A stretch of 60,595 nucleotides of DNA from an uncultured Candidatus Saccharibacteria bacterium (GCA_964541305.1 CAZIPE010000004.1:1-60595); one strand, 5' to 3'. Positions 31,655 to 41,513 are shown, numbered from the stretch's first letter. Numbers and translations: made by a program. Notes: generated from the letters alone by a model not told the origin.

Positions 31655-32926
31655 TTACTTAATAAGTCCTTCTAACATATGGGCATCGAAAACAGGTATC
31701 TTTATTTTTGATTGGACATTTTCACGCTCTGCAAAAGAGTCATCTATAAATATCGAATTGGGGTGTTTTATGTAATCAGATTTTTCTTTGAACTGATCAA
31801 CTGTAATTATTTCATCAAATAAGTCTGAAATACGAAACTTACTTAGTGTCTCGTCAAGATTGTTTTCATGTCGTGTTATTAAGTGAATCTTTTTTCCTTC
31901 ATTGATTGCCTGAAACATGAGCGACACAACACTGGGGTTGACTTTGTCGTTAAAGATTATTGTGTCATCAAGATCTACATATATATGGTCGTAGTCGTAG
32001 TCAATTTTATATCTGCTGGATAAGGCCCTGTCGATGTTAATACTATACTCGTTTTCGCATATACTAACGCTAATATCTGCAGCGTCAAATACGCTCAGAA
32101 GTGGTAAGTTTACACCCTTACAGCGAACCAAGCCCATCGTTCCTGCTGTACGAGGAGAAAATTCCATTAAAACCAACTCGCCCGACTCCCGTGCTTTCAG
32201 CTGGAAAAACCATACACCCCTGAATTCAAGAGCGTCATTCATTTTTTTCGCAATAGCAGAAAATTCTGGTTTATCAATTTTTTCAGAGTGGACACTAATG
32301 CCATTTGAAATTCTTTTTCTTGATCTTCCTTCTGAGAATAGTAGTTCGCCATTCTTATTAGTAAAACAATCTACCGTATATTCATCTCCTGGTAAAAACT
32401 CGGTTAGAAGTAAGTCTTTGTTCTTATTCTTGTAAAATAAAGCTTCTTCTTGGTTGTGGGCTATATGTACACCCCGGGAGCCTTGACCAACATTGGGCTT
32501 CATAAAACAAGGCCATTTATCGCCAGCCTCATTGATATTATCGTAGACCTTTGGAGTTGGAACTATGTCGACGAGCTTTTCATACGTTAGTTTTTTTGAT
32601 CTTGAAATTTCACATGTTGATAAGGGTGAACTAATAATATCGCACTTGAGATTATTTTTTTGTTGGGCTAGCTTTAGAACAACCGCATCATGTGCAGGAA
32701 ACACGAAATCAATTTTGTTTTTTTCTATGACTTTATTAAGGACTTGGATAAAATTTTCATCTTCTACGAACGGCAGATCATCTGTGTAATTCATGTATTC
32801 ATAAAGACCGTGATCGCTTACAGACGAAGCACCAAATAGCTGTATGTGTGTTGAGAACTTTAGAGACCTACTTATCTCAAGGCCCACTTCAGTACCACAA
32901 GGAAACACAAGTACATTATATTTCAT
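31655..32926 (-). CDS. ATP-grasp ligase fused to a C-terminal HAD-like domain
   Basis: ATP-grasp motifs FMKPNVGQGSRGVHIA, LLTEFLPGDEYTVDCF and VLMEFSPRTAG. A HAD motif I-like YVDLDDTI and later FIDDS follow in the last ~110 aa. Confidence 0.7.
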   Translation of the reverse strand: MKYNVLVFPCGTEVGLEISRSLKFSTHIQLFGASSVSDHGLYEYMNYTDDLPFVEDENFIQVLNKVIEKNKIDFVFPAHDAVVLKLAQQKNNLKCDIISSPLSTCEISRSKKLTYEKLVDIVPTPKVYDNINEAGDKWPCFMKPNVGQGSRGVHIAHNQEEALFYKNKNKDLLLTEFLPGDEYTVDCFTNKNGELLFSEGRSRKRISNGISVHSEKIDKPEFSAIAKKMNDALEFRGVWFFQLKARESGELVLMEFSPRTAGTMGLVRCKGVNLPLLSVFDAADISVSICENEYSINIDRALSSRYKIDYDYDHIYVDLDDTIIFNDKVNPSVVSLMFQAINEGKKIHLITRHENNLDETLSKFRISDLFDEIITVDQFKEKSDYIKHPNSIFIDDSFAERENVQSKIKIPVFDAHMLEGLIK

Positions 32927-34038
32927 GTGTCTATAATCTCACATATTTTCTTTATAGTCTGTTTTTTCAAACCTGAGTATAAGGGTAGGCACAATATTCG
33001 CTTTGATATGTCCTCGGAAATAGGGCACTTATCGTTTGATCTTATGTAAGAAATTGTATTCAGTGAAGGATAGAAATACCTCCTTGGATATATCCCGTCT
33101 CTATTCAATCGTTGAACCACCTCAGAAAGCTTTTTTTCACTATCGAGTAAGATGGGAAGATACGCTGAGTTATGACCTGCATCTTCTAAACCACTTGATA
33201 GTGTACAGCTTTTCGGTAAGAGGTTCGTGTAAAGTTTCGTTAGTTTTTTTCTTTCTTTTATAATATCGTCAATGTACTTCAAGTTACAAAGCCCCATAGC
33301 CGCTTGCACTTCGGTGGCTTTTGCATTAATGCCAAGCATTAGATGTGAATCGCCGTTATGACCAAACCGTTTGAGAAGATCCACCTTTTTACTCATCGCT
33401 TTGCTTTTAGCTACAACACAGCCACCTTCAATTGTATGAAATAGTTTAGTAGCGTGAAAACTAGAAATTGAGATGTCTCCCTGATTAAAGATTGACTTGC
33501 CCTCGTATTTCACTCCAAAAGCGTGTGCGGCATCATAAATTACTTTAAGATTGTGCTTTTTTGCAATTGCAGAGATCCCCTTGATGTTACATGGAAAGCC
33601 AAAAACATGAACTGCTAGAATAGCTCTAGTTTCTTTATTAATTGCTTCCTCGATTTTCTCAGAATCAATGCAATAGGTTTCTGGTTCAATGTCAACATAA
33701 CGTGGCGTAAAACCTTCCCATAAAATTGCTGACGATGTTGCCACATAAGAAAATGGGGTGGTAATAATTTCTCCCTGCTCCAGTCCTAGTGCGCGTATCG
33801 CAAGCTGAAGAGCGAGCGTGCCATTTGTAACAAAGTGCAAATTCTCGACTCGCAAATATCGCTCAAGCTCTTCCTCTAGCTCGAGAAGTACAGGACCTTG
33901 GTTTGTTAATTGCCCACCGTCCCATATCCTTCTCAGATATTCAAAGTATTCCTCTTTGGGTGGTAAGAAAGTTTTAGTTACGTTTATTTTGCTCACAATG
34001 CTCCAATTAGACTCTACATTACTCTCACTAGTGTACAA
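32923..34038 (-). CDS. DegT/DnrJ/EryC1/StrS-family PLP sugar aminotransferase
   Basis: The PLP-lysine motif SFHATKLFHTIEGG and the overall family pattern. Confidence 0.9.
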   Translation of the reverse strand: MYTSESNVESNWSIVSKINVTKTFLPPKEEYFEYLRRIWDGGQLTNQGPVLLELEEELERYLRVENLHFVTNGTLALQLAIRALGLEQGEIITTPFSYVATSSAILWEGFTPRYVDIEPETYCIDSEKIEEAINKETRAILAVHVFGFPCNIKGISAIAKKHNLKVIYDAAHAFGVKYEGKSIFNQGDISISSFHATKLFHTIEGGCVVAKSKAMSKKVDLLKRFGHNGDSHLMLGINAKATEVQAAMGLCNLKYIDDIIKERKKLTKLYTNLLPKSCTLSSGLEDAGHNSAYLPILLDSEKKLSEVVQRLNRDGIYPRRYFYPSLNTISYIRSNDKCPISEDISKRILCLPLYSGLKKQTIKKICEIIDT

Positions 34039-34045
34039 TTAATCT

Positions 34046-35266
34046 GTGGTTTCGAAAAATCTAATTGTCTACATTGTGCCAGACCGTAAAGAAGTAAACG
34101 GTGGAGTGTTATCGATATTTTCGCAGGCAAAAGAAGCTAGAAGATTTAAACATATCCATAATTCTGAAGTAATTATCTGTACATATCCTGGTCGTAATTC
34201 TTATGGGAAAAATGACCTATTTAAAAACGCCGAGGTGATCTATAGCTTCGATGAGGTAGTTATGAAATGGGGTCAGTTAAAAAACTTACTGATTCACATA
34301 CCTGAGTGTGGTGTTAAAAATGCAGCCACCGTCCTAAACAATAATTACTACAAATACCTTTCGACAATCGAAAATATTCACATCAACATAATGATGCAGA
34401 ATATTGAGCTAGCTCCTTCTGTTGCCGATTTCGTTGAACTTTTCCGAATTACTCCCGAGATCACACAAACCACCGCACATGATAGATACACAACACAAGA
34501 CCTTAGCAACACGTACCAAACCCCAGTGCATCATCTTTCAACCTTTGTTGACGTAAGTCAGTATGAGTTATCCTTATTTAAAACAAAAAAAAATCTTATT
34601 GTATACTCGCCGGATAATAATCCCGCAAAAAAAAGAGTCTTGGGCCAACTCAAGCTTTTAGGAAACTTTAAAATGGTGGAGATTAAAGATCTGGCCTACG
34701 ACGACTATAAAAGACTTACATCATCAGCGAAATTTTGTATTACTTTCGGTGAAGGGTTTGATGGGTATTTTTTAGAAAGTTATTTCTCTGGTTCAATAGG
34801 ATTAGCTGTTTATAATTCAACATTTTTTCCTAGTAAGGAGTTTTTAGAAAAGCTTCCTGGTGTATTTAATTCGTATGATAGTATGTACGAAAACATAGTT
34901 AAGGTTATTAATTCTCTAGAAAGTAACGAGGAGCTTTACAATTCAATATCGAAGAGGGGTAGGAAAATGATGGGCAGTCTCTATAAATATGAGAAGTATG
35001 TTGAGAACATTCAACGGTTTTACAAAAAAGAGTACGATATATATCCGAATGATGACCGCTTCAAAAATTTTCTTATCACCCACCTTCGTAGTGAAAAAAC
35101 ACAACGAGAACGGGATTCAGTAAGCAAACTTATGCGAGCGGAAAAAGAGTTGGCTGAACTCCGTGAGGTCAACAAAAAAATGAAACGTGACCTGACCTCA
35201 ATTATTGAATCACGAAGCTGGAAACTCACAAAACCACTCCGTTTAGCAAATAAAAAACGACCCTAG
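34046..35266 (+). CDS. Hypothetical glycan-locus protein with a C-terminal coiled coil ending in an SWKLTKPLR motif
   Basis: GTG start. The central FGEGFDGYFLE segment is reminiscent of GT-B C-domains. The last ~60 aa are heptad-like (EKTQRERDSVSKLMRAEKELAELREVNKKMKRDL), followed by SRSWKLTKPLR. Confidence 0.4.
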   Translation: MVSKNLIVYIVPDRKEVNGGVLSIFSQAKEARRFKHIHNSEVIICTYPGRNSYGKNDLFKNAEVIYSFDEVVMKWGQLKNLLIHIPECGVKNAATVLNNNYYKYLSTIENIHINIMMQNIELAPSVADFVELFRITPEITQTTAHDRYTTQDLSNTYQTPVHHLSTFVDVSQYELSLFKTKKNLIVYSPDNNPAKKRVLGQLKLLGNFKMVEIKDLAYDDYKRLTSSAKFCITFGEGFDGYFLESYFSGSIGLAVYNSTFFPSKEFLEKLPGVFNSYDSMYENIVKVINSLESNEELYNSISKRGRKMMGSLYKYEKYVENIQRFYKKEYDIYPNDDRFKNFLITHLRSEKTQRERDSVSKLMRAEKELAELREVNKKMKRDLTSIIESRSWKLTKPLRLANKKRP

Positions 35267-35313
35267 TCAACACACTTGCCGCGTCCAGGATCGTGTTTAT
35301 AAGCAATGACTTT

Positions 35314-36516
35314 TTAAACTATAGTCACCCCTATTTTAGGATGGGTTAAGCTTTTTTGGTGATACATGACACCATTGACTATAAATTTGCCCGCCGACTC
35401 TTGTTTGAAAACCACCCTAGCAGCTTTCTCCGACTCTTTACAATCAGCCACCCCGATATTTACCGTGTATAGACCATTCGTTAAAGAGTTGTTTATTTTA
35501 AATCGAACTGTTTTCTTTCTGCCTTTATTCAACGGTACTGTCCCAATATTAGCCACCGTATCCGTCATTATTAGCAGGTTTTTGTCGTGATTTTTAATAT
35601 TAAAACCGATATTCGCTTTTTCAAGTTCTATCTTACTGACTATTTGAATCTCTATTTCAAACTCCTCAAATGCATCTACCTCGTCGGTTGGTCTACCGTT
35701 TTGAAGTATGTTTAAACTTTTTACTTCAATCAAATCTATCCCCTCTGTTTGTGTTTCTGTTATTTTTTTTGCTTCCTCCCTTAAGAACATTGTTTCGTAC
35801 AATTCACCCACTTCAGTACTGTTTCCAATCTTTTTGATTTTACCGTTCTCTAGTAATAGGGCGCGATCACAAAATTGTTCAACTGCTTGCATGTTATGCG
35901 ATACCAAAACCACAGTTCTGTCTTCTTTTTTCAGTGCATTAAAATAGTCGTAACATTTTTGTTGAAAAGCGGAGTCTCCGACAGCTAGGACCTCGTCCAA
36001 AAGTAAAATGTCGCTCTTTGCACGTATGGCAATTGAAAATGCCAGCCGAACCTGCATGCCGGAAGAGTAGTTTTTTAGTAACTGATCCATAAAATCTTCT
36101 AGTTCTGCAAATTCTACTATCTCATCGTACATAGCATTCACCTCGCGCCGAGTAAAGCCTAGCAGAGCCCCATTGAGATAAACGTTATCTCTTCCTGAAA
36201 GCTCCGGGTTAAAGCCAACCCCTAGCTCTATGAATGGAACTAGTGTGCCATTGATCTTAATCGATCCTGAACTTGGGGTATATACTCCTGCTATGCACTT
36301 AAGGAGTGTGCTTTTACCACTACCGTTTCTGCCAACTATCCCAAAAAATTCGCCTTTTTTAATTGTAAAAGATACGTTTTTAAAGGCAGTTTGTTTTTCT
36401 GCAGATATCTGTTTGAATGGGTTAACAAATACTGATTTTAGTGTATTCTTCTTCGCATGAGGTAAAACAAACTCTTTCTTAAGGTCCTTAACGATAATCG
36501 CATCTTTGTTCATCAT
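35314..36516 (-). CDS. Polysaccharide ABC exporter ATP-binding protein (Wzt/TagH type) with a C-terminal beta-sandwich glycan-binding-like extension
   Basis: Walker A GRNGSGKST, signature SSGMQVRLAF, Walker B ILLLDEVLAVGD, plus ~150 extra C-terminal residues. Confidence 0.9.
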   Translation of the reverse strand: MMNKDAIIVKDLKKEFVLPHAKKNTLKSVFVNPFKQISAEKQTAFKNVSFTIKKGEFFGIVGRNGSGKSTLLKCIAGVYTPSSGSIKINGTLVPFIELGVGFNPELSGRDNVYLNGALLGFTRREVNAMYDEIVEFAELEDFMDQLLKNYSSGMQVRLAFSIAIRAKSDILLLDEVLAVGDSAFQQKCYDYFNALKKEDRTVVLVSHNMQAVEQFCDRALLLENGKIKKIGNSTEVGELYETMFLREEAKKITETQTEGIDLIEVKSLNILQNGRPTDEVDAFEEFEIEIQIVSKIELEKANIGFNIKNHDKNLLIMTDTVANIGTVPLNKGRKKTVRFKINNSLTNGLYTVNIGVADCKESEKAARVVFKQESAGKFIVNGVMYHQKSLTHPKIGVTIV

Positions 36517-37376
36517 ACAATTTCTCCAAAACCACTAACTCTTTTTTTGAAGTAAAAGATGCTAAAAGATAACATGGCTATGACAAGTCCTATGGGAATT
36601 AATATTACAAATTTGCTCGGGAATAGGTCAAAAATAGTTTGAGTGCCAGAATAAGTAGTAACTTTGCGAGCCTCTTGAATAATTTGTGTAAGTGGATTTA
36701 AAGAAATGAGTTCCTGAACGCGAATATTAGGGATCTTGCTGAGCGGGTATATTATTGGGATGGTGTAAAAGAGTGCTTGTTTGATAACATCCCAAACATG
36801 GTCAATATCACGAAATCTCACGTATGTGGCGCTCAAAAATATACCAAACCCCACCGAAAGTAGGATTAATTCAACAATGAGTAGTGGGAATATTATCAAA
36901 GTATCCCAAGACAATGCATGCGGGCTTGTGCTGAAAAGGAGAATGAATATAAACACAACGACTAGATTCAGAAGAAGGTTGATCAAAGCTGACATTGCTG
37001 TGGAGATTGGAATTAAATATATTGGAATTTTGATTTTTCTTATAAGACTACCCCTGCTGACAATAGACTTGAGTGAGTTGCTAGTAGCCTCTACGAAGAA
37101 TGTCCAGAGAATAATTCCTAGCAAAAGTGATGTTGGGTAATTAGGAACTCCTTTGCCAAGGTTCAAAAACTTCGTAAACACAATAAAAAGAATCCCGAAA
37201 AGCATAAGTGGCTTGAGAAGCGACCATACATATCCAAGAGCAGACCCTTGATAACGTAGCTTAAAATCGGTCCTGACTAGCTCAAAAAATAGTGCTTTAT
37301 TTTCTTTCGAGAATATTTGCTTTGGATTTATCATATACGGTGTATTCATTATAGAATAGATGAATGAAGAAGTCAT
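36513..37376 (-). CDS. ABC-2-type polysaccharide exporter permease (Wzm/TagG type)
   Basis: A 6-TM ABC-2 pattern. Its stop overlaps the start of the downstream ATPase gene. Confidence 0.85.
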   Translation of the reverse strand: MTSSFIYSIMNTPYMINPKQIFSKENKALFFELVRTDFKLRYQGSALGYVWSLLKPLMLFGILFIVFTKFLNLGKGVPNYPTSLLLGIILWTFFVEATSNSLKSIVSRGSLIRKIKIPIYLIPISTAMSALINLLLNLVVVFIFILLFSTSPHALSWDTLIIFPLLIVELILLSVGFGIFLSATYVRFRDIDHVWDVIKQALFYTIPIIYPLSKIPNIRVQELISLNPLTQIIQEARKVTTYSGTQTIFDLFPSKFVILIPIGLVIAMLSFSIFYFKKRVSGFGEIV

Positions 37377-38377
37377 CGGTGGTGGTCATAGTTTTAAACT
37401 GGAACGACGCCAATCTACTGTCTAAATCAGTTGGATCTCTCTTAGGGCAGTCGGAAAAGTGCGATATTGTTATTGTAGACAATGGGTCTGAAGATAACTC
37501 GAAAGAAGTTATTGAATCTTATGGTGGAAAAGTGGTGGCTCTATACAACAAAAAAAACCTTGGCTTTGCTGGTGGTGTGAATACGGGCATAAAGTGGGCG
37601 CTAGAAAATGACTATGAGTATATTGCACTTCTCAATAATGATGCGGTGGCAGATAAAAATTGGCTGAAAGAACTAAAAGCTGAGTTTGATGATTCTAAAA
37701 TAGCGGGCGTGACCTGTTCAATAATTCGAGAAGGTACCGCAAGATATGACAGTTCGGGTGAAGGACTTACTACCTGGGGACTTCCTTACCCTAGAGGAAG
37801 AGACGAGAAGGTGTCTGGTCGATATAGTAAAGAGAGGGATGTTTTTGGTATATCAGGGGGGGCAAGTATGTACCGGGCTTCTTTTTTCAAGGATGTAGGG
37901 CTGTTTGATGAAGATTTCTTTGCTTATTATGAGGATTTGGATTTAAGTTTTCGCGGTCAACTTGCGGGCTGGAAGTTTCACTATGCTCCTAAAGCTATTG
38001 TTTACCATGCAACCGGCACAACCAGCGGGCGAGTGAAGGGTTTTACGACCCATCAGACATTAAAGAATCTGCCGTGGCTATTCTGGAAGAATGTTCCATT
38101 TAATCTTTTTCCAACTATTTTGCCTCGCTTTATTATTGCTCATAAACTGTTTGCTCTGCGGGCTCTTTCGCGCGGGCATATTTGGATTACCTTCAAAGCT
38201 TTGTTTATCTCACTCGCACTTTTGCCCAAGAAACTTATTCAGCGGCGTTCTATTCAGAAGAATAAACAAGTGAGCGACGAGTATATTAAATCTATCCTCG
38301 CCTGGGATCTCCCGCCAAATGCTACAGCTCTCAGAAAACTCCGATCAAAATGGTGGAAACTCAGAGGTAGAGCATGA
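37364..38377 (+). CDS. Glycosyltransferase family 2 (rhamnosyltransferase-like)
   Basis: VVVIVLNWN...IVIVDNGSEDNS...LLNNDAV motifs. Confidence 0.85.
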   Translation: MKKSSVVVIVLNWNDANLLSKSVGSLLGQSEKCDIVIVDNGSEDNSKEVIESYGGKVVALYNKKNLGFAGGVNTGIKWALENDYEYIALLNNDAVADKNWLKELKAEFDDSKIAGVTCSIIREGTARYDSSGEGLTTWGLPYPRGRDEKVSGRYSKERDVFGISGGASMYRASFFKDVGLFDEDFFAYYEDLDLSFRGQLAGWKFHYAPKAIVYHATGTTSGRVKGFTTHQTLKNLPWLFWKNVPFNLFPTILPRFIIAHKLFALRALSRGHIWITFKALFISLALLPKKLIQRRSIQKNKQVSDEYIKSILAWDLPPNATALRKLRSKWWKLRGRA

Positions 38378-39480
38378 AGCGAATTGTGATTGATGCGCGG
38401 GAATATCCGACCAGTACAGGGCGATATATCCGCAAACTCCTGGAATATCTTGAGAAGATTGATGGAAATAATGATCAGCGTGAATATGTGATTTTACTTA
38501 AATCTGCAGATTTTGATACGTACCAACCAAAAGCTAAAAACTTTAGCAAAGTACGGGCTGACTTCAAGGAATTCACCTTCTCTGAGCAAATAGGATTTTT
38601 GCGACTTATTCGCAATTTAAAAGCTGACCTGGTTCATTTTACGTTAGTGCAACAACCAATCTTGTATAGTGGCACCGTGGTCACTACCCTGCAAGACTTC
38701 ACTACCCTGCGCTTTGATAACCCTACAAAAAATAAGGTAATCTTCAAATTTAAGCAGCTTGTCTATAAATGGGTTAATCATCGAGCCGCCAGGAAGTCCG
38801 GGCTGCTGATAACACCGACTGAGTTCGTAAAACAAGACGCCGTCAATCTGTTGAAGGTTGATCCGGCGAAGATTACTGTGACACTAGAGTCGGCCGACAA
38901 AATTAACGTTGTTGCTGAGAAATATACCGAGCTCGTGGGCAAGAAGTTCCTCATGTATGTTGGCCGATCACAGCCACACAAGAACTTACAAAGACTTCTT
39001 GATGCAACAAAGCTCATCCAAAAAAGCGACCCGAATGTAGGCCTAGTGTTAGTAGGTAAAACAGACGAGCTTTCTCGAATGCTACAGAGTCATGCCGATA
39101 AGATCGGTTTGAAAAACTTCTACATGACTGGCTACGTTAGCGAGGGTCAGTTGAGGTGGCTTTACGAGAACTGTGCCTGCTACTGCTTCCCTTCTCTCTC
39201 CGAGGGCTTCGGCCTACCTTCACTAGAAGCGATGATGCACGGTGCACCCGTAGCTAGCTCAGATGCTACGTGCCTACCCGAAGTAAACGGTGACGCGGCC
39301 CATTACTTCAATCCGCTCGACGTAACAGATATGGCAAAAAAGATTACCGGGGTATTAACAGATAAGAAATTAAGAAGCGAACTCATCAAAAAAGGGTCGC
39401 GACAAGTGAAAAAGTACTCGTGGGAGCGCATGGCGAGGCAGACTTTAGAGGTATATAAAGAAGTACTAGAAGAGGGTTAA
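38374..39480 (+). CDS. Glycosyltransferase family 4 (GT-B, mannosyltransferase-like)
   Basis: FPSLSEGFGLPSLEAMMHGAPVASSD motif. Confidence 0.85.
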   Translation: MKRIVIDAREYPTSTGRYIRKLLEYLEKIDGNNDQREYVILLKSADFDTYQPKAKNFSKVRADFKEFTFSEQIGFLRLIRNLKADLVHFTLVQQPILYSGTVVTTLQDFTTLRFDNPTKNKVIFKFKQLVYKWVNHRAARKSGLLITPTEFVKQDAVNLLKVDPAKITVTLESADKINVVAEKYTELVGKKFLMYVGRSQPHKNLQRLLDATKLIQKSDPNVGLVLVGKTDELSRMLQSHADKIGLKNFYMTGYVSEGQLRWLYENCACYCFPSLSEGFGLPSLEAMMHGAPVASSDATCLPEVNGDAAHYFNPLDVTDMAKKITGVLTDKKLRSELIKKGSRQVKKYSWERMARQTLEVYKEVLEEG

Positions 39481-39957
39481 CTACTTCTCTTCTTGTGCAA
39501 GTTCCAAAACAATGTGGCGATCTCGGCCTTCGCCTTCAGAATGACTAGTGATATCACTGAAGTCCTGTAGACAACGGTGGATAGTGCGTCTATCGGCAGG
39601 ATTCATTGGTTGAAGAGCTTTAGTCTCTTTAGATTCACGCACTTCTTTTACCCAACCATCGAGCTGTTCGAGTAGCTTCTCGGCTCGGTGCTTTTTGTAG
39701 TCGGCAATATCTATGTTGACGCGCGTCAGGGCTGCCTCGGCGTTCTTGAGCATGGTGCCGACAAGTGCTTGTAGGGCGCGTAGGGTTTCACCGTTATGAC
39801 CTATCAGAAAGCCGTTGAGATGGGTAGAAGGTACACTGAGCTCGATGACATCCTCGTCGTGACTCGACGTAACGACGGCGTTTAGGCCAAAAAAAGAAAG
39901 GATGTCTTCTAGGTATCCTCGGGCTTTTTCAATGGCTTGTTCTTGTTCGTCATTCAT
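39481..39957 (-). CDS. jag: Jag/EloR-like KH + R3H RNA-binding protein
   Basis: A KH-like segment (GHNGETLRALQ) and an R3H segment (ADRRTIHRCLQDF...SEGEGRDRHIVL). Conserved position downstream of yidC. Confidence 0.8.
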   Translation of the reverse strand: MNDEQEQAIEKARGYLEDILSFFGLNAVVTSSHDEDVIELSVPSTHLNGFLIGHNGETLRALQALVGTMLKNAEAALTRVNIDIADYKKHRAEKLLEQLDGWVKEVRESKETKALQPMNPADRRTIHRCLQDFSDITSHSEGEGRDRHIVLELAQEEK

Positions 39958-40943
39958 CGCTTCTTCCTCTTCTTATGCTTCTTACCGGGCTTAGCAGTGG
40001 TGGTAGCTGGTGAAATAATACGAGTAGTGGTCGTAACCTTGCCTTTATTTACTTTCTTTTGAGATTCATTATTTACTTTTTCCTCAGGTGCGTTTGCTGG
40101 GCGCTTCTTTACTGAGACTACTTCGGCAATTTCTTCTAGCTCCTTGGTATCCTTCTTAAAGATAAGTGACTGCTGGAAGATACCGATCGCACCGCTGGCA
40201 AGGAGATACATGACCATCGCACCAGTAGAATACAGACCAAACATCAGGGTCATGACCGGCATAAGGTAGAGCATCGTACCACCCATAGCGGCAGACATAT
40301 CTTCTTGTTCGGGTTGCTTGCCATTGGCCGATGACTTAAGTAGGTCTCTGAGTTTCTTCTTTTCTTTTTGTTCAGGCAGTATTTGTTTCGCCTGATAATA
40401 CGACAGTACCGTTGCTACGAGGGCTAGGGCAAGAACCGGCAGGTACACCGTTCCGTTATCAAAGCCTTTTTTACTCAGATCAATAAAGCCGAAGCTGACG
40501 TAGTTAAACAGACTGTTATCGGCGATAACCTGTTGAATATGAGGAATGTTACGCACGAACGGGTAGGTAAAGGTTGAGAGCTTATCCAGATCCGTCGTTA
40601 AATCGCGGGCAGCCTCGAAGACACCAATGAAGAGCGGAAGCTGAATGAGAGTTAGCCCGATTGAGCCAAAAGGACTAATTCCCTTTTCTTTAAAGAGTTC
40701 CATTTGAAGGGCGGCAGCTTTTTGTCTGTCGGTGCCAGCAGCTTTTTTAATCTTGGCGAGCTCTGGCTGCAGGTCGCGCATTTTCTTGCTTTGGTGTAGT
40801 TGTTTTTTCAGTAGTGGCCAGAGCGCTAATCGCACTAAGACGGTGAATATAATGAGACTTACGCCAAGATCATGCCCGGGCAGGATACCGTAGATGGCAA
40901 CAACAATGTTATAGAGTGGTTGAACAATAATTGTTTGAAACAT
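39954..40943 (-). CDS. yidC: Membrane protein insertase YidC
   Basis: The short monoderm-type YidC pattern (IIFTVLVRLALWPL...), a Lys-rich C-terminal tail, and synteny with rnpA/rpmH. Confidence 0.9.
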   Translation of the reverse strand: MFQTIIVQPLYNIVVAIYGILPGHDLGVSLIIFTVLVRLALWPLLKKQLHQSKKMRDLQPELAKIKKAAGTDRQKAAALQMELFKEKGISPFGSIGLTLIQLPLFIGVFEAARDLTTDLDKLSTFTYPFVRNIPHIQQVIADNSLFNYVSFGFIDLSKKGFDNGTVYLPVLALALVATVLSYYQAKQILPEQKEKKKLRDLLKSSANGKQPEQEDMSAAMGGTMLYLMPVMTLMFGLYSTGAMVMYLLASGAIGIFQQSLIFKKDTKELEEIAEVVSVKKRPANAPEEKVNNESQKKVNKGKVTTTTRIISPATTTAKPGKKHKKRKKR

Positions 40944-40987
40944 TACATACTATAATATCACATCTGGTATCGAGTGATCACTAGTAA

Positions 40988-41338
40988 CTACCTCTTGTAT
41001 ACCTCAGCCTTGTGAAGAAGCTCTACGACGAGTCGATTCAATTCGCTGTGGTCGATAGTGGCCACACGATCATCAAAGACCGTAATAACCAGATCATACC
41101 CCGGTGCAATCATTGACCAGTGAGCCCGCACTACCTCATATACTCTCCGGCGAATACGGTTGCGTACTGGTGCCTGCTTAACCACTTTTTTTGAGACCAC
41201 AACCGCGACCCGACTCTCTTTGTTTCGAGAGTTGGGGGTGTATTTAAGTTGAAGGCAGTTGACGCGAGCTAATGCACCCTTACTGTAAACATAGCGAAGG
41301 CTGTTGTGTCCGTGAAACCGAAAAGCTTTAGCAAGCAT
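40988..41338 (-). CDS. rnpA: Ribonuclease P protein component
   Basis: A basic 116-aa protein with the RNR-type motif (VRNRIRRRVYE), immediately downstream of rpmH. Confidence 0.85.
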   Translation of the reverse strand: MLAKAFRFHGHNSLRYVYSKGALARVNCLQLKYTPNSRNKESRVAVVVSKKVVKQAPVRNRIRRRVYEVVRAHWSMIAPGYDLVITVFDDRVATIDHSELNRLVVELLHKAEVYKR

Positions 41339-41375
41339 TATGGGTACGTCCGTCCTTTACTTTATCTTTTGTTGT

Positions 41376-41513
41376 TTAGTAGCTAAGTCGTGAACGGCCT
41401 TTGAGGCGGCGGCTTTTGAGAACTTTTCGTCCTGCTGCACTGCTCATTCGAGCACGAAAACCATGAACTCTTTGGGCATGACGATTCTTTGGTTGGAATG
41501 TTCTTTTTGGCAT
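41376..41513 (-). CDS. rpmH: 50S ribosomal protein L34 (not in the supplied ORF track)
   Basis: Hand translation of the minus strand gives [45 protein letters not shown] followed by a stop. This is the canonical L34 sequence, 45 aa. Confidence 0.9.
   Translation of the reverse strand: MPKRTFQPKNRHAQRVHGFRARMSSAAGRKVLKSRRLKGRSRLSY

Noticed and set aside
35267-35313. Intrinsic terminators between convergent genes (also 25809..25820)
   Set aside because: Only 5-bp stems with long loops could be drawn (for example GGGTA...TACCC at 25809 onward), and there are no U-tracts. This is too weak to call.
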